Part shown: piece after piece, positions 25,231 to 36,916 of the stretch | Layout: each line of letters starts with the position of its first letter | How positions within the stretch are numbered: position 1 is the stretch's first letter | DNA from: Massalongia carnosa | Taxonomy: Eukaryota | Assembly (NCBI GenBank): GCA_965645245.1 | Contig: OZ287078.1 | Span: 1,426,001-1,490,000, forward strand | DNA length: 64,000 nt | Reading direction: 5' to 3' | Translations under genes and position numbers: made by a program | The notes under the pieces: generated by a model | Told to the model about the DNA's origin: nothing | Seen by the model: the letters and a program-made list of their open reading frames with translations, nothing else | Databases searched by the model: none

Positions 25231-26838
25231 TTAAAATGCGAACCCCCTCTCCCACCACCACTTACCCCCTTCCCACCTCCCCCCCCAATTCCCCCCCCAC
25301 AATCCACCCTTCCTCCTCCAAAGACTGACCGGCACAGGCTCCATAAGCCAGATCCCGCCCTGGGCGAAATCATCCGCGATCCATGGCCCCGTAACATAAA
25401 ACCAACCAACAACCCCCAAAACATTGCCCAATCCTCTCAGCCTCGCTGGGACTCTCTCATGCCAGTCGCTTTTCCGCAATAGCGTGGACAATCCCCGATG
25501 GGCGAGGATGCCAATGGGTTGAACGGCGAAAAAGGCAAACGCGTGGAGAGGCTGGGTAGGTGGAAGCATGGTATAAGAGGCGCTAGCGTGTAATAGGCCA
25601 CTGAGAATGAAAGCGGTGACGAGACGTAGCAGACCGCCATTGGGCGATTTTCGGCCCCAAGCGGGGCCAAGAGGCCGGGCTAAAAAATCCCCGGCCGAGT
25701 CAAAGGCGAACCGGAATAGTTGGTGCCAAACGTTGCCCCAGAGTCCGGCAAGGCCCTTTTGTGCAATGAGGGCGGGTGAGGCGAAGAACGGAGGGTAAAG
25801 CCATGGGTCAGCGTGAGAGCCGAGGATGCGGGGACCGAGGAGGCAGGCGGTGAAGGGAGCGAGGAGGAAGATTGCAGAGAGAGCGGTGTAAGTGAATGTC
25901 GCGGAGAGAAGGAGGCGGGTGAAGGTGGGAAAGGGGAATGGGGAGGCGGAGGGGGGGGCAGGGAGTGAGAGGAAGTAGGGGTCCCATAGAGTTAGGGTTT
26001 TGAGGGTGTCGAGGGCTAGGATATGGAGGATTAAGGTGATAGCAGTCTTGCGCAGCAGGGATTCGCGGGTGGGTGGGGTTGAAGGGGGGAGGTTGGAGGT
26101 GGGGAATTTGGGTTGGAGGGTGGAAAGTATGATTTCCGGGGGTGGAGGGAGAGTAGGGTTTTGATGGGCCCAGCCGATTCCACGGAAATTTGTGAACAGA
26201 TCTAGGACCCAGTCAAGGCGGTGAAGGAAGGTTGGAGGGAGGGTCTGCCAAACATAGTAGGGGCCGTTTGGTGATGATGGGACGGTGGTGGGAGGCGACG
26301 TTGATTGAGAAGCCTGCAATGTTGCCGATGGGTCGGTGAGGCTGGTAACTTCATTGCGAGCCCGCAATAGCCTCTTCTCGTTGACGCAGCTGCTAGACGC
26401 AAAGCGATCCCCACCCAGCGTATCCATGCTCTTACGGCCCTGCCCCCCACTCCCTTCTCGTCTCTCGATTCTCCTGAACTCGCTCCTCGCATCCCCGAAA
26501 ACCAGCAAGGTCACCGCCCATAGCAGTGACCACGCACTTATCAACCCGATCCCGTACGCGATCGTCACCTTTGCGCTCCTGCATTCCCGCATGGTTTTCA
26601 CGGCAAGGTATGCCATCGTTGCGAGGAGCGGGTAGCGAAGATACCGCACGGTTGTCGAACCCGTGGGAGGGAGAAGTAGGTATAGAATGAGGAGGTGAGG
26701 GCCTAGCATTCGGTAGCTGTAGACATAAGGGGTGGTCTTTGTGTCGGGAGATTGAATGAGAGTATTGCAGACAGCCTGAAGATGTGAAAGGACTTCATGA
26801 TGAGTTGAGGCTAAGTCGAAAGAATACATGATGACCAT
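25231..26838 (-). CDS. Membrane-bound O-acyltransferase (MBOAT_2 / wax synthase-like)
   Basis: Multiple hydrophobic helices. RLDWVLDLFTNFRGIGW; PWLYPPFF; GLAGLWGNVWHQLFRF; AFILSGLLHA with the conserved His. Confidence 0.85.
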   Translation of the reverse strand: MVIMYSFDLASTHHEVLSHLQAVCNTLIQSPDTKTTPYVYSYRMLGPHLLILYLLLPPTGSTTVRYLRYPLLATMAYLAVKTMRECRSAKVTIAYGIGLISAWSLLWAVTLLVFGDARSEFRRIERREGSGGQGRKSMDTLGGDRFASSSCVNEKRLLRARNEVTSLTDPSATLQASQSTSPPTTVPSSPNGPYYVWQTLPPTFLHRLDWVLDLFTNFRGIGWAHQNPTLPPPPEIILSTLQPKFPTSNLPPSTPPTRESLLRKTAITLILHILALDTLKTLTLWDPYFLSLPAPPSASPFPFPTFTRLLLSATFTYTALSAIFLLAPFTACLLGPRILGSHADPWLYPPFFASPALIAQKGLAGLWGNVWHQLFRFAFDSAGDFLARPLGPAWGRKSPNGGLLRLVTAFILSGLLHASASYTMLPPTQPLHAFAFFAVQPIGILAHRGLSTLLRKSDWHERVPARLRGLGNVLGVVGWFYVTGPWIADDFAQGGIWLMEPVPVSLWRRKGGLWGGNWGGRWEGGKWWWERGFAF

Positions 26839-26941
26839 AACGTGAAATTGTTATGAAGTAGTTCAGAATCTCAACGCAAGAGTTATAATCATGATATGAT
26901 TACCTCACACCCTCAGTATCTTAGATACTTCAATACATTAT

Positions 26942-27335
26942 TGTCCTGGCTAAGCTACTTCGGGTTAATAAGCTGATTACGCAGACATGACTTTAACGAG
27001 TCGTCTAAGCCTCTCCAGGTTAACCTAATTTCACTAAGCTCTTGAGTACACAGAGTGCAGTAGCGTTCCAGCTGACTAACGTGGCTGCGATAATACGTCA
27101 TCGGCGGACTTATGGCCCCTTAACACATGAGCTATTTTAGCATCCCCTATATGCGTCGAGCTTCCTGAGCAACTACATAAAAAGTTCCACTGCTCAGAAG
27201 ACTCAGACAGCTCAGCGAGCTCCGAGCTGGCCCCAAGCTAGTCCTAGTAGCTACTCACAATATGGAATGTCCAGTTAGGCCAGATCAAGTTTAGATGACT
27301 GCCAGAATATGTCACGTCAGGCCAGGATCCTGACA
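26942..27335. mobile_element. Possible degenerate solo LTR
   Basis: Begins TGTCCTGGC and ends GCCAGGATCCTGACA; the termini are inverted if a 6-nt deletion is allowed at the left. CATAAAAA internally. No target-site duplication seen. Confidence 0.3.
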
Positions 27336-28229
27336 CCTTTCCTTTCAATTCACAGTAACTCTTTGTTCAGGCTTGGTTAAAACATGAGTGGGCAGTTCAT
27401 TTTTCTAGATTGGGACGGCGATACAGGTTGCCTCAAAGTACGAGGTCGTAGGATCGGGACACACACACAATCAAGCGGAAAGGAATAGAGGCGGGCTATG
27501 TCTTTGAAAGGTTGGCCTCGGTCATGTATGTACATAGCCGTCTGAAGGTCACACCTTATGTTGTTCCCTGATTGGGAGGAAACTGCTGTTTTGTGTAGCA
27601 AATTGTTGCAACGAGGAGCATTAGTTTGCATGCTGAGGTAAAACGAAGGGAACAAAAACCATCGATCGACTACTCTCTAAGCCGATATCATCAACCTGTA
27701 CATTCAGTGTCGCGAAAGATTGTAGAATTAATGAGCCATCTCAGGTGTGGTTCATACAGCTAGGATACTAATATCACTGATCGCAGCAGATTCAAACAGA
27801 ATACGACGCTGTCGATTCGGGGCAAGATGTTTTAAGCGTTGCTTGAGGGAGACACAAAGTTGCTCAGCCAAATCCCCTCCGCTTCACGAGTCAGGACCTC
27901 TGGGTCACACGTTCGTGGAGCGATCCCCTATTGCACATGAGCTTTTTAATCCACCGTCGACGAGTGAATAAGTCCTCTTGATACGCTTGAAACAGGTATT
28001 TCAGACAACAGGGAGTGACGGCATCGTTCACCGAAAAGTGACGTGCACTCATTATATTTCGAAATAAGATCTTTGCCCACACATGATAGTCGTACAACTC
28101 TACTTTTACGATGCGGGTCATCTTGATGCATACATAGAGAGAGCCGCTTATCAGCCTTATATTTAGTGCTGTGCTTATAATTTATTGCCGGAGGGATAAA
28201 TCGAAGTCATCTCTTGTCAGAAACTCGTT

Positions 28230-31200
28230 TCAACTGTGTAACCATGATTTCAAAGTATTAACAACCCAAAGTGTGTGAGGATGGCTGGCCCCGATCTTTT
28301 GGGTACGTAGATTAACAACACTTTCCATTAATTCAATAGCTTCATCGTGACGGCCCTCAAGCTTATAGGTGCGTGCCAGATTGGCCATGCTGGTCAGCGT
28401 GTCTGGATGCTCCTCTCCCAGCACCCTCGTGCTCGTCCTCATCACTTGCACCTCCAGCTCCTCGGCCTCTTTCCATCGTCCTTGATTCCTGTATGTCGAT
28501 GCCAGGTTGGCCATGCTGCTCAGCGTGGAAGGATGCTCCTCTCCCAGCACCCTCGTGCTCGTCCTCATCACTTGCACCTCCAGCTCCTCGGCCTCTTTCC
28601 ATCGTCCTTGATTCCTGTATGTCGATGCCAGGTTGGCCATGCTGCTCAGCGTGGAAGGATGCTCCTCTCCCAGCACCCTCGTCCTCGTCCTCATCACTTG
28701 CACCTCCAGCTCCTCGGCCTCTTTCCATCGTCCTTGATTCCTGTATGTCGATGCCAGGTTGGCCATGCTGGTCAGCGTGGAAGGATGCTCCTCTCCCAGC
28801 ACCCTCGTCCTCGTCCTCATCACTTGCACCTCCAGCTCCTCGGCCTCTTTCCATCGTCCTTGATTCCTGTATGTCGATGCCAGGTTGGCCATGCTGGTCA
28901 GCGTGGAAGGATGCTCCTCTCCCAGCACCCTCGTCCTCGTCCTCATCACTTGCACCTCCAGCTCCTCGGCCTCTTTCCATCGTCCTTGATTCCTGTATGT
29001 CGATGCCAGGTTGGCCATGCTGCTCAGCGTGGAAGGATGCTCCTCTCCCAGCACCCTCGTGCTCGTCCTCATCACTTGCACCTCCAGCTCCTCGGCCTCT
29101 TTCCATCGTCCTTGATTCCTGTATGTCGATGCCAGGTTGGCCATGCTGCTCAGCGTGGAAGGATGCTCCTCTCCCAGCACCCTCGTCCTCGTCCTCATCA
29201 CTTGCACCTCCAGCTCCTCGGCCTCTTTCCATCGTCCTTGATTCCTGTATGTCGATGCCAGGTTGGCCATGCTGCTCAGCGTGTCTGGATGCTCCTCTCC
29301 CAGCACCCTCGTCCTCGTCCTCATCACTTGCACCTCCAGCTCCTCGGCCTCTTTCCATCGTCCTTGATTCCAAAATGTCGATGCCAGGTTGGCCATGCTG
29401 CTCAGCGTGTCTGGATGCTCCTCTCCCAGCACCCTCGTGCTCGTCCTCATCACTTGCACCTCCAGCTCCTCGGCCTCTTTCCATCGTCCTTGATTCGAAA
29501 ATGTCGATGCCAGGTTGGCCATGCTGCTCAGCGTGTCTGGATGCTCCTCTCCCAGCACCCTCGTGCTCGTCCTCATCACTTGCACCTCCAGCTCCTCGGC
29601 CTCTTTCCATCGTCCTTGATTCGAAAATGTCGATGCCAGGTTGGCCATGCTGCTCAGCGTGGAAGGATGCTCCTCTCCCAGCACCCTCGTGCTCGTCCTC
29701 ATCACTTGCACCTCCAGCTCCTCGGCCTCTTTCCATCGTCCTTGATTCCTGTATGTCGATGCCAGGTTGGCCATGCTGCTCAGCGTGTCTGGATGCTCCT
29801 CTCCCAGCACCCTCGTGCTCGTCCTCATCACTTGCACCTCCAGCTCCTCGGCCTCTTTCCATCGTCCTTGATTCGAAAATGTCGATGCCAGGTTGGCCAT
29901 GCTGGTCAGCGTGTCTGGATGCTCCTCTCCCAGCACCCTCGTCCTCGTCCTCATCACTTGCACCTCCAGCTCCTCGGCCTCTTTCCATCGTCCTTGATTC
30001 CTGTATGTCGATGCCAGGTTGGCCATGCTGGTCAGCGTGGAAGGATGCTCCTCTCCCAGCACCCTCGTCCTCGTCCTCATCACTTGCACCTCCAGCTCCT
30101 CGGCCTCTTTCCATCGTCCTTGATTCCTGTATGTCGATGCCAGGTTGGCCATGCTGGTCAGCGTGTCTGGATGCTCCTCTCCCAGCACCCTCGTCCTCGT
30201 CCTCATCACTTGCACCTCCAGCTCCTCGGCCTCTTTCCATCGTCCTTGATTCCAAAATGTCGATGCCAGGTTGGCCATGCTGGTCAGCGTGTCTGGATGC
30301 TCCTCTCCCAGCACCCTCGTCCTCGTCCTCATCACTTGCACCTCCAGCTCCTCGGCCTCTTTCCATCGTCCTTGATTCCTGTATGTCGATGCTAGTAAGC
30401 CAAGACTGTTAAGTGTGTTTCTATTATCTATATCCAGTAATTCTTTCTTAGTCTTTATAGCTTCTTGAATCCTAATCTCTGCTATTGCATATTTGCCTTG
30501 AGCCAAAGCATACCACGCGCTATTATGAAGAATCCCTGCTTGTTGGAGTCGGCAATGTTGAGAAAGGTACTTGTACTTCAGAATAATCTCTGCATGTGGT
30601 CCAAGAGCTTCACAAATCTTCCAATTGCTATGTTCTCCATTTGGAAACTGGTCTGCCAGTAAATTGAGCACCCCCTCCTTTTGTTTTTCCATCTGCTCAT
30701 GCATTTCGAGCCACTTTCTAGTCGCAAGCTGTACAAGCCGATGCATCTCAAAACTATTCTTTTCTTTTTCCTCGACTATAAGTGAGAATTCAATCAGCGT
30801 TCCAATCGAATCTTCGAAGTCTATCGACGACCCGCTGTTGCTTTGATAAAAGAGAAATCCCGGAATGCCTTGTCGATCAAGCAAGCACATACAAGACAGA
30901 AGATCAGCTGCCGCTGTATTCTGATCTTTGATCTGATCAAATGAAATCTGCCATGTTGTCACAACAGAATTAGGAACGTCGGGATCCCTTCGTAGATCTC
31001 CACCATTTTTACTCAAGAGGGATATTTGATTGGATTCATTATGGCGGAAAAGTTCTAGATAACCGGAGATTGTCATTCTTGGAGCCTTGGTAGCAATGTA
31101 AGCGGACGCTTGAGTAATAGCGAGCGGTATATATTCAAGAACTTTAATCAACTCGCTCTTATCTCTTTGATTGGATTGATCATTGGGTAATTTCTTTGCA

Positions 31201-32997
31201 AGTAACGTATCGGTATCTTCTTCTCCCATTGCACTAATTCTAAAGACACGATTATCAGTGCCTGCAAGACGAATTGCTGTATTTTTATCTCTAGATGTTA
31301 TTAAGATCAAGCTCTTTGCGTTTGAAGACAGATAACGTGACAAAGATGATATCTCTCCACCTTCTCGAGGCACCTGAGCGGTACTTGTATTAAAAAAAAT
31401 GCTTGTATCGTCGGCATTATCGAGAATCATCAACCAGTCTCTGCTATCATCAGACCCCAGCCACCGGGAGACTAAACCTAATATATCGATTTTGGGATCC
31501 TCAGCTCCTGATAACTTGGCTGTAATTGCAATCTCACGATAACTTTGTTCAAAACGAGCAGCATTACTAGCGTGCACCCATAAAAGCGAAACTGAAGGAG
31601 TTCTCAGCCTCAGTCGATATGCATACTCAATCGCGATTTGCGACTTCCTACTCGAGATTAGAGAATCGCAGAATAATCGAGGTCAATTGTTTCATACCCA
31701 ATACCACCCAAGCCAACTAAAGCTACTCGACGGTTATATTGCGATTTCGAAAAGCTCTCATCAATCATTTTGATTATATCTTCACGTCCAACAAAGTCTT
31801 CATCTCGTTCGAACGGCATCACCGTTGTGACTCGTATCTTCACCGATCCTTGACGCTTGAAGTCAGTCATATCAGATAACAGAGACTTTGCGGGTCATCG
31901 CTTGTACCGTCATAATTTCGACGAACCGTTGAGGAGGCATCCATGGTCATTCCTTCAATTACCTTACGAACATTCTGAAAATTGGGATCATCGTTTCCAG
32001 AGAACTTGTTTAGTCCTGAATGATCGGTAAACAGATACATCATGTCCTTTCCCTCTTGTATTGCTGAACGCTGCTTCACTATCTAACTTCTCATGTTAGC
32101 TAATTCGACGCTCAGATAATATACCTACCTCGATTCTTGCACGCCCATCCATATACTCATTTTGCAATTTCTCGTAAAAACACATCATGCGTAGATCCTT
32201 GTATCCGACTGCAAAGTCAAGTGATAATTCATACAGATCTTTATCGCTTGGCTTCAAGGACTCCACCAGGGACGGATCGTTCCTCTTCAGCTTGGCAATA
32301 AATGCTGCGTAGCCTGCAATTTCAGTCCCTCCATGAGGTGTCCCGAGAAATATGATACCCGCAGTTGACCGTTTGATATCCTCATAGTTAGGTCGATTAC
32401 TCGCGAGCACCAGTGCCTAGCCTCCAAGTCAGAATTATGACACATGATATTTTGACTGTGTGAATACAAGCCTGCTTGATCACCAATCCACCCATACTAT
32501 GACCAATGAAAACGATCGGTCGACGAGTAGCCTAAAGACAATAAGCGAGATTGAAATGTATTCGCAGAGCATGTTTAATAAGACGAACATTTATTTTTTT
32601 TCTATCATGCTGTAACGCACCGAGCAGTTGTTCTCCCAATTCTCGAAGACTTGTTTTAACACCCTTTCGATAGGTGTACCAGTCTGATAAGTAGCTAAAC
32701 GTAGCAATCCGTGCATTGGGTACACAGTTCGGAAGCAAATCTCTCAGCCACATTACTTGCTTAACCTCTTGATCTTCTATCAATACTTTCTTGACCCAAG
32801 TAAAGTATGGACTCGCGCCGAGCCCTTGCACGGCAATGATACTGACCAGTGATCAGCATTAAAGTCAGAATCAGGAGGCCTTGATATGTTTACTCGATAG
32901 CCTCGTCTGTCGTAGCCTTGCTGTCTTCCCGCCCCGCAAATTCGGAATGCCATACATAAAGGCCCATGATTGCATCGTCTGACGGCCGAGAGGTCAT
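28230..32997 (-). CDS. Fungal NLR: SesB-like alpha/beta-hydrolase + NB-ARC + TPR repeats
   Basis: Spliced exons give IIAVQGLGA, WLRDLLP..ARIATFSY, nucleophile elbow FIGHSMGGLVIKQ, GIIFLGTPHGG and TDHSGLNKF. NB-ARC: FVGRE, Walker A GLGGIG/KSQIA, Walker B WLMILDNADD, ILITSR, YIPLAITQA, MHRLVQ. Then 42-aa TPR repeats. Confidence 0.92.
28378..30392 (-). repeat. 16 tandem 126-bp TPR-coding repeats with very high internal identity
   Basis: Unit GRWKEAEELEVQVMRT[R/S]TRVLGEEHP[D/S]TL[T/S]SMANLAST[YR/FW/FS]NQ occurs 16 times. Confidence 0.97.
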
Positions 32998-33522
32998 CTT
33001 TGCAACGTACTTCAACACCTGACGTGGGAGTATAGTCGTTAGATGGAGTATAACTGAAGAGTAGTAGTGCGAGGAGGATATAGCCTTGTGCAAATACGGT
33101 TACAGACTTGTCTCATTGAAAGGATCGGATCATATAACGCTAAGCTTCTTTGCCGCTTAGTGGATAGATACGTAGCTGCGTATACATACACGTTAAGGCT
33201 GTTGGAGGCTCGCTGCACCAAAGAAGTTCCCACATCAAAGAACTGTGTAAGATAAGTAAATCACTAAATTTATACATTGTAAAATTGAGCTTTATAGAAT
33301 TTTTCTTTTAACATCAAGCAGTTTGTATAAAGGTTTTGAAGCAGTAATATTAAAGTGTTAATTTTTGAAAAATCTCTACATTTCTGGACATTTGACGCGG
33401 TCTCGCTTGGTTTGATATGAAACTTTTTTTGGCCCCACGTGCCCGTATTCTAAGCAACAGGTATTTTATGCCCTTAGCGGTTAATACATCAAGATTTAGT
33501 ACGCGTATGAAGATACATGACA

Positions 33523-33843
33523 TGTGACGGTTCAACCAGGATGTAAATTGACTCTATCTACTTCGTACTCCGTACTGGGTTCCTATTCACTAAGAATATC
33601 AAAGATGCAGAAAGGAAAAGGTGCAGTTGTGGGTGAAGATATACACGCTCGCTTATCCAGATATGACTAGACATGACACTTCAATAAGTGATCAGGTTCT
33701 GCCATTTGTGTCCTATTCAGCCCTGCTCCATATGTGTTCCATTCAGCCTCCGGTCCATGCTCGAGGAACAGGATAATCAGGTTTTTAGAAGGTCAGGTGG
33801 GTAGAAAGGTAGGAAGTAAGGTGAGCATGGTCGAACCGTGACA
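33523..33843. mobile_element. Solo LTR (321 bp) with 5-bp target-site duplication
   Basis: TGTGACGGTTC...GAACCGTGACA (TG..CA, inverted termini 10/11), flanked by TGACA and TGACG. Related copy at 38893. Confidence 0.8.
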
Positions 33844-34271
33844 TGACGTTAATGTCAATCAACACTTTCGGTATTCACCTCCTTAATTATGAAGCATTCT
33901 GAGACCTGTCATACTTTTCGAGTCGATTCTGATTCTACTCGACACGACTTCGGCACTCGGATAAATTTGACACCGCCTAGGGGAACCGTAGATGTGTAAC
34001 ATAAAGCCAGGTCGGAACATTTGGAAAATTTATTTTTGGCGGGAACGTCTACACACGAGTTTGGCACCAAACCATAGCCGGTGGATATATGACAAAGGAT
34101 GTTTCAGAAGTAAAGTCGATATTGAACCGCTTGATTGATTAATTCATACCTTTAACCGGCCTGAAAGCCCAGCGGGGAGTGTGAATATGTTTCAACTCAT
34201 TAATCGTTTGATATCAAACGTAGTAGATGGGTTGATGGAGGGGATTCCCGGGGGGTTATCGGTGCGACCTA

Positions 34272-35412
34272 CAGTACTATGTAGGTGAAAAGTTTCCGAC
34301 AGCCCCCATCAACTTTTTACCCCCTACTGCTTTGAATTATCAACTACCAAGTTTTTATTTTGATGCCTTGAAACTTCGTACGATGATTACATACATTCTA
34401 GCAAGGAATTTGGGCTGAGAAATATATTTTTAATATTTCGTATACCATCCTTTCGCTTGGATGCAAGCTTCAATCCTTCTTTCCATACTCTCTATTAAAC
34501 TTCCCAACATTTCCTCATCTATCCAGGCCCATGCTTCTTCCAACGCTTTTCAAAGGACCTCGCGCACCTTATCATCACTACCAGTCACCGAATCGATGTC
34601 CAGATTGACTTGATAAACGAGCTGTTTAAGCACATACCAAACGTGCTCGATAGGATTCAAATCAGGAGAATAAGGAGGCCAATCGATGATTGTTACGCCG
34701 TTTTCATCGAACCGTTTCTTCACCTTTTTGGCAGTATGAATCGGTGCATTATCTTGCTTGAAAATGAGGCCCGGTTCCTAAATTCCAAGCAGATTATCGT
34801 TCAATAATTTCAAACATGAATTCGCGGAGTACCCCATCTTCTTTGCTTCGAAATCGCGAGCCAATTTGTAAAGATCCGACCTTCCTTTCCTCCAAAAAGC
34901 CCCCCATACCATGATCTTGACATCCTTGCCTTTTGCGTACGGTTGTATCATAGGTTTTTTCCATTTTTCCTCCGGAAATATGAACATCCATTGACGCTGT
35001 TTTCTCGACCCCTTTTCCACCGAATACTCGTCTGACCATATAATTTTCGACTATTGCTCAGAATTCCACTCACGCCGAAGCAAGCACCATTCCAATCTCT
35101 TCTTTGCCACCTCGGGCGTCAATAAAGGCCGCTTTTTAGCCAGCCAGTTTGTTAGACCGTAGTCTTTGAGCGTCCGATAGAGATGTACTCCGGCCTCCGT
35201 ACGCAGCTGCGCATGCCCCAACGCCTAGGCATTAATAATCATACCTCTTTGACATTGATTTAATTCGATATTACGAGGCTTATTACCAGAAATTGAAGCC
35301 AACAGAGTGCGTGGCATGGTGAAATGATGAGGTCAAAGTTGATGGGATGGTAGGGTTGAAACGCGAAATCACGAAAATCGCGGTAGAGTCGGAAACTTTT
35401 GACACGGGACTG
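34272..35412 (-). mobile_element. Tc1/mariner (DD34E) DNA transposon, internally deleted and inactivated
   Basis: TA|CAGT...ACTG|TA ends. Inverted blocks AAAAGTTTCCGAC and CCCATCAACTTT occur at both ends. Contains a transposase remnant. Confidence 0.85.
34430..35232 (-). pseudogene. Tc1-like DDE transposase remnant
   Basis: AKKRPLLT..RLEWC; IIWSDE; MVWGAF; FKQDNAPIH..WPPYSPDLNPIE with 34 residues between D and E; GWYTKY*. In-frame stops at 35051, 34778 and 34550. Most of the N-terminal HTH region is deleted. Confidence 0.9.
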
Positions 35413-35414
35413 TA

Positions 35415-36341
35415 AGGCCCGTTTGGGTCTTTCGTCGGCTGGTCTCTCCCCGGTCATCCACGGCTCGTCGGCGTGCCCAGCTGGGGTGCACGGAAGTCCT
35501 TTCGGGGTAGTGAGCTCGTCGTACGGAAATGCGTCGGCCGCAGCGATCCCCCTTGGTAGGTCTCCTTGTGCCCAATCGCCGGTGAGTCGCCGCTCCATCG
35601 CCTCTTTGCGCTCTCCGAAGTGGTCACATTCGCCCTTGTTTGGCTGCGGTGCATGCTAGAAGATCGCCCGAGCAAAAGAGATCAATAAGCTTCGAGGGCC
35701 CCCCCGGCCAGGCGTGCTCGCGCGCGCCGTGCAGGGGGTTCCTTCGGAGGGGGGCCTCTGAGTGGTTTTCCCTGCCTCTGCACCGCTTCGCGACGGCACC
35801 TTTTTTTGTCTAATACTTGTAGGATCGCTCTCTTCAGGTCGAGTGCCCAAGACGGCGGGTACTTGAGGACTAGCCGGCTCAGGCCTGGGAAGCGTGTCGC
35901 TGTTGGGGCCCATTGACGCCGAACCGTTCCTTTCGGGGGACTGTTTCGGGGTTCGTGGTCCCTGACGCCCGAAGGCCCGTGGGCGTCGCCCGCGGGTTCC
36001 GAGGGAGGGAGTATGTGGGTGGTTGGCCGAAGGTCATGGCTACCAACAAGACAATTGGGGGTCAACCGAAGCCTGTACCCGCTGTGAGGCGTGATGGGTC
36101 GCTGGTATCCTCCTCTTGAAAGCTTGTATGTCGCAGGCCGCTCGTTGCCTTGCGGGCGTCTTGCGCTGTTCGTGGCGGACCATCTCTTGGGGGAACTCCG
36201 TGGAGGCAATTGGATGGTTTTTGGCTAGGCGATGGACTTTCGCGGGTCCGGATACCCCCGACTGCTTAAACATCTCGATTTGCTTCGGAGAATTTTTCGG
36301 GGCGTGCTTGTCCCTGGGCAGCCGCTCCGGGCAAAGATAGT
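35415..36341 (+). other. rDNA 5' external transcribed spacer-like sequence (dispersed copy)
   Basis: GC-rich, hairpin-rich sequence ending in the fungal ETS/18S junction AAGATAGT|TACCTGGTTGAT. Confidence 0.75.
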
Positions 36342-36707
36342 TACCTGGTTGATTCTGCCAGTAGTCATATACTTGTCTCAAAGATTAAGCCATGCATGTC
36401 TAAGTATGAGCAATCTAAATGGTGAATGAAACTGCGAATGGCTCATTAAATCAGTTATCGTTTATTTGACAGTCCCTTACTACTTGGATACCTGTGGTAA
36501 CTCTAGAGCTAATAATACATGCTATAAAACCCCGACTTCGGATGGGTGTATTTATTAGATATTAAATCAATGCCCTTCGGCGGGGCTTCTTGGTGATTCA
36601 TAATAACTTGACGAATCGCATGGCCTTGCGCCGGCGATGGTTCATTCAAAGTTCTGCCCTATCAACTTTCGATCGTAGAATAGTGGCCTACCATGGTTTC
36701 TACGGGT

Positions 36708-36916
36708 AGACCGTTGCCCGTCAATTTGGCTGTCGGAGGGGGGTGGGGTGGATCCCTCTCGGCGACACCCCTGGCTCAGAAGACGTTGTTCCCTGCGAGG
36801 GCGATCGATTTTGAGGCGAGCTCTCGCGTGGGGAGCTGCCGAAACGCATACGAAGTGGTGGGCCTCTTCCGGGCTTTTGGCATATGTTATCGCCCGGCTA
36901 CCGCCGTGGTCGACAG
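36708..36916 (+). ncRNA. Group I intron (IE-like) at SSU position S287
   Basis: Interrupts ACGGGT|AACGGGG, follows a U and ends in G. Internal guide CCGTT-GCCCGT can pair with the 3' exon (P10) and the 5' exon with a U-G wobble (P1). IE-like core words GGCGACAC-CCTGG and GAGGCGAGC. Confidence 0.85.

Noticed and set aside
2706..26838. Secondary-metabolite cluster (NRPS-like gene + PLP enzyme + acyltransferase)
   Set aside because: The NRPS-like gene is primary-metabolism LYS2, the PLP enzyme is canonical mitochondrial HEM1, and housekeeping genes lie between them.
28378..30392. CRISPR-like or diversity-generating-retroelement reading of the array
   Set aside because: No unique spacers, no cas or reverse transcriptase gene, eukaryotic context, and the variation is not adenine-specific.
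28347..30412. Three extra ~670-680-aa ORFs overlapping the TPR array
   Set aside because: A 126-bp unit with no stop in a given frame stays open through every copy. The ORFs start and end at the array edges, so they are shadows.
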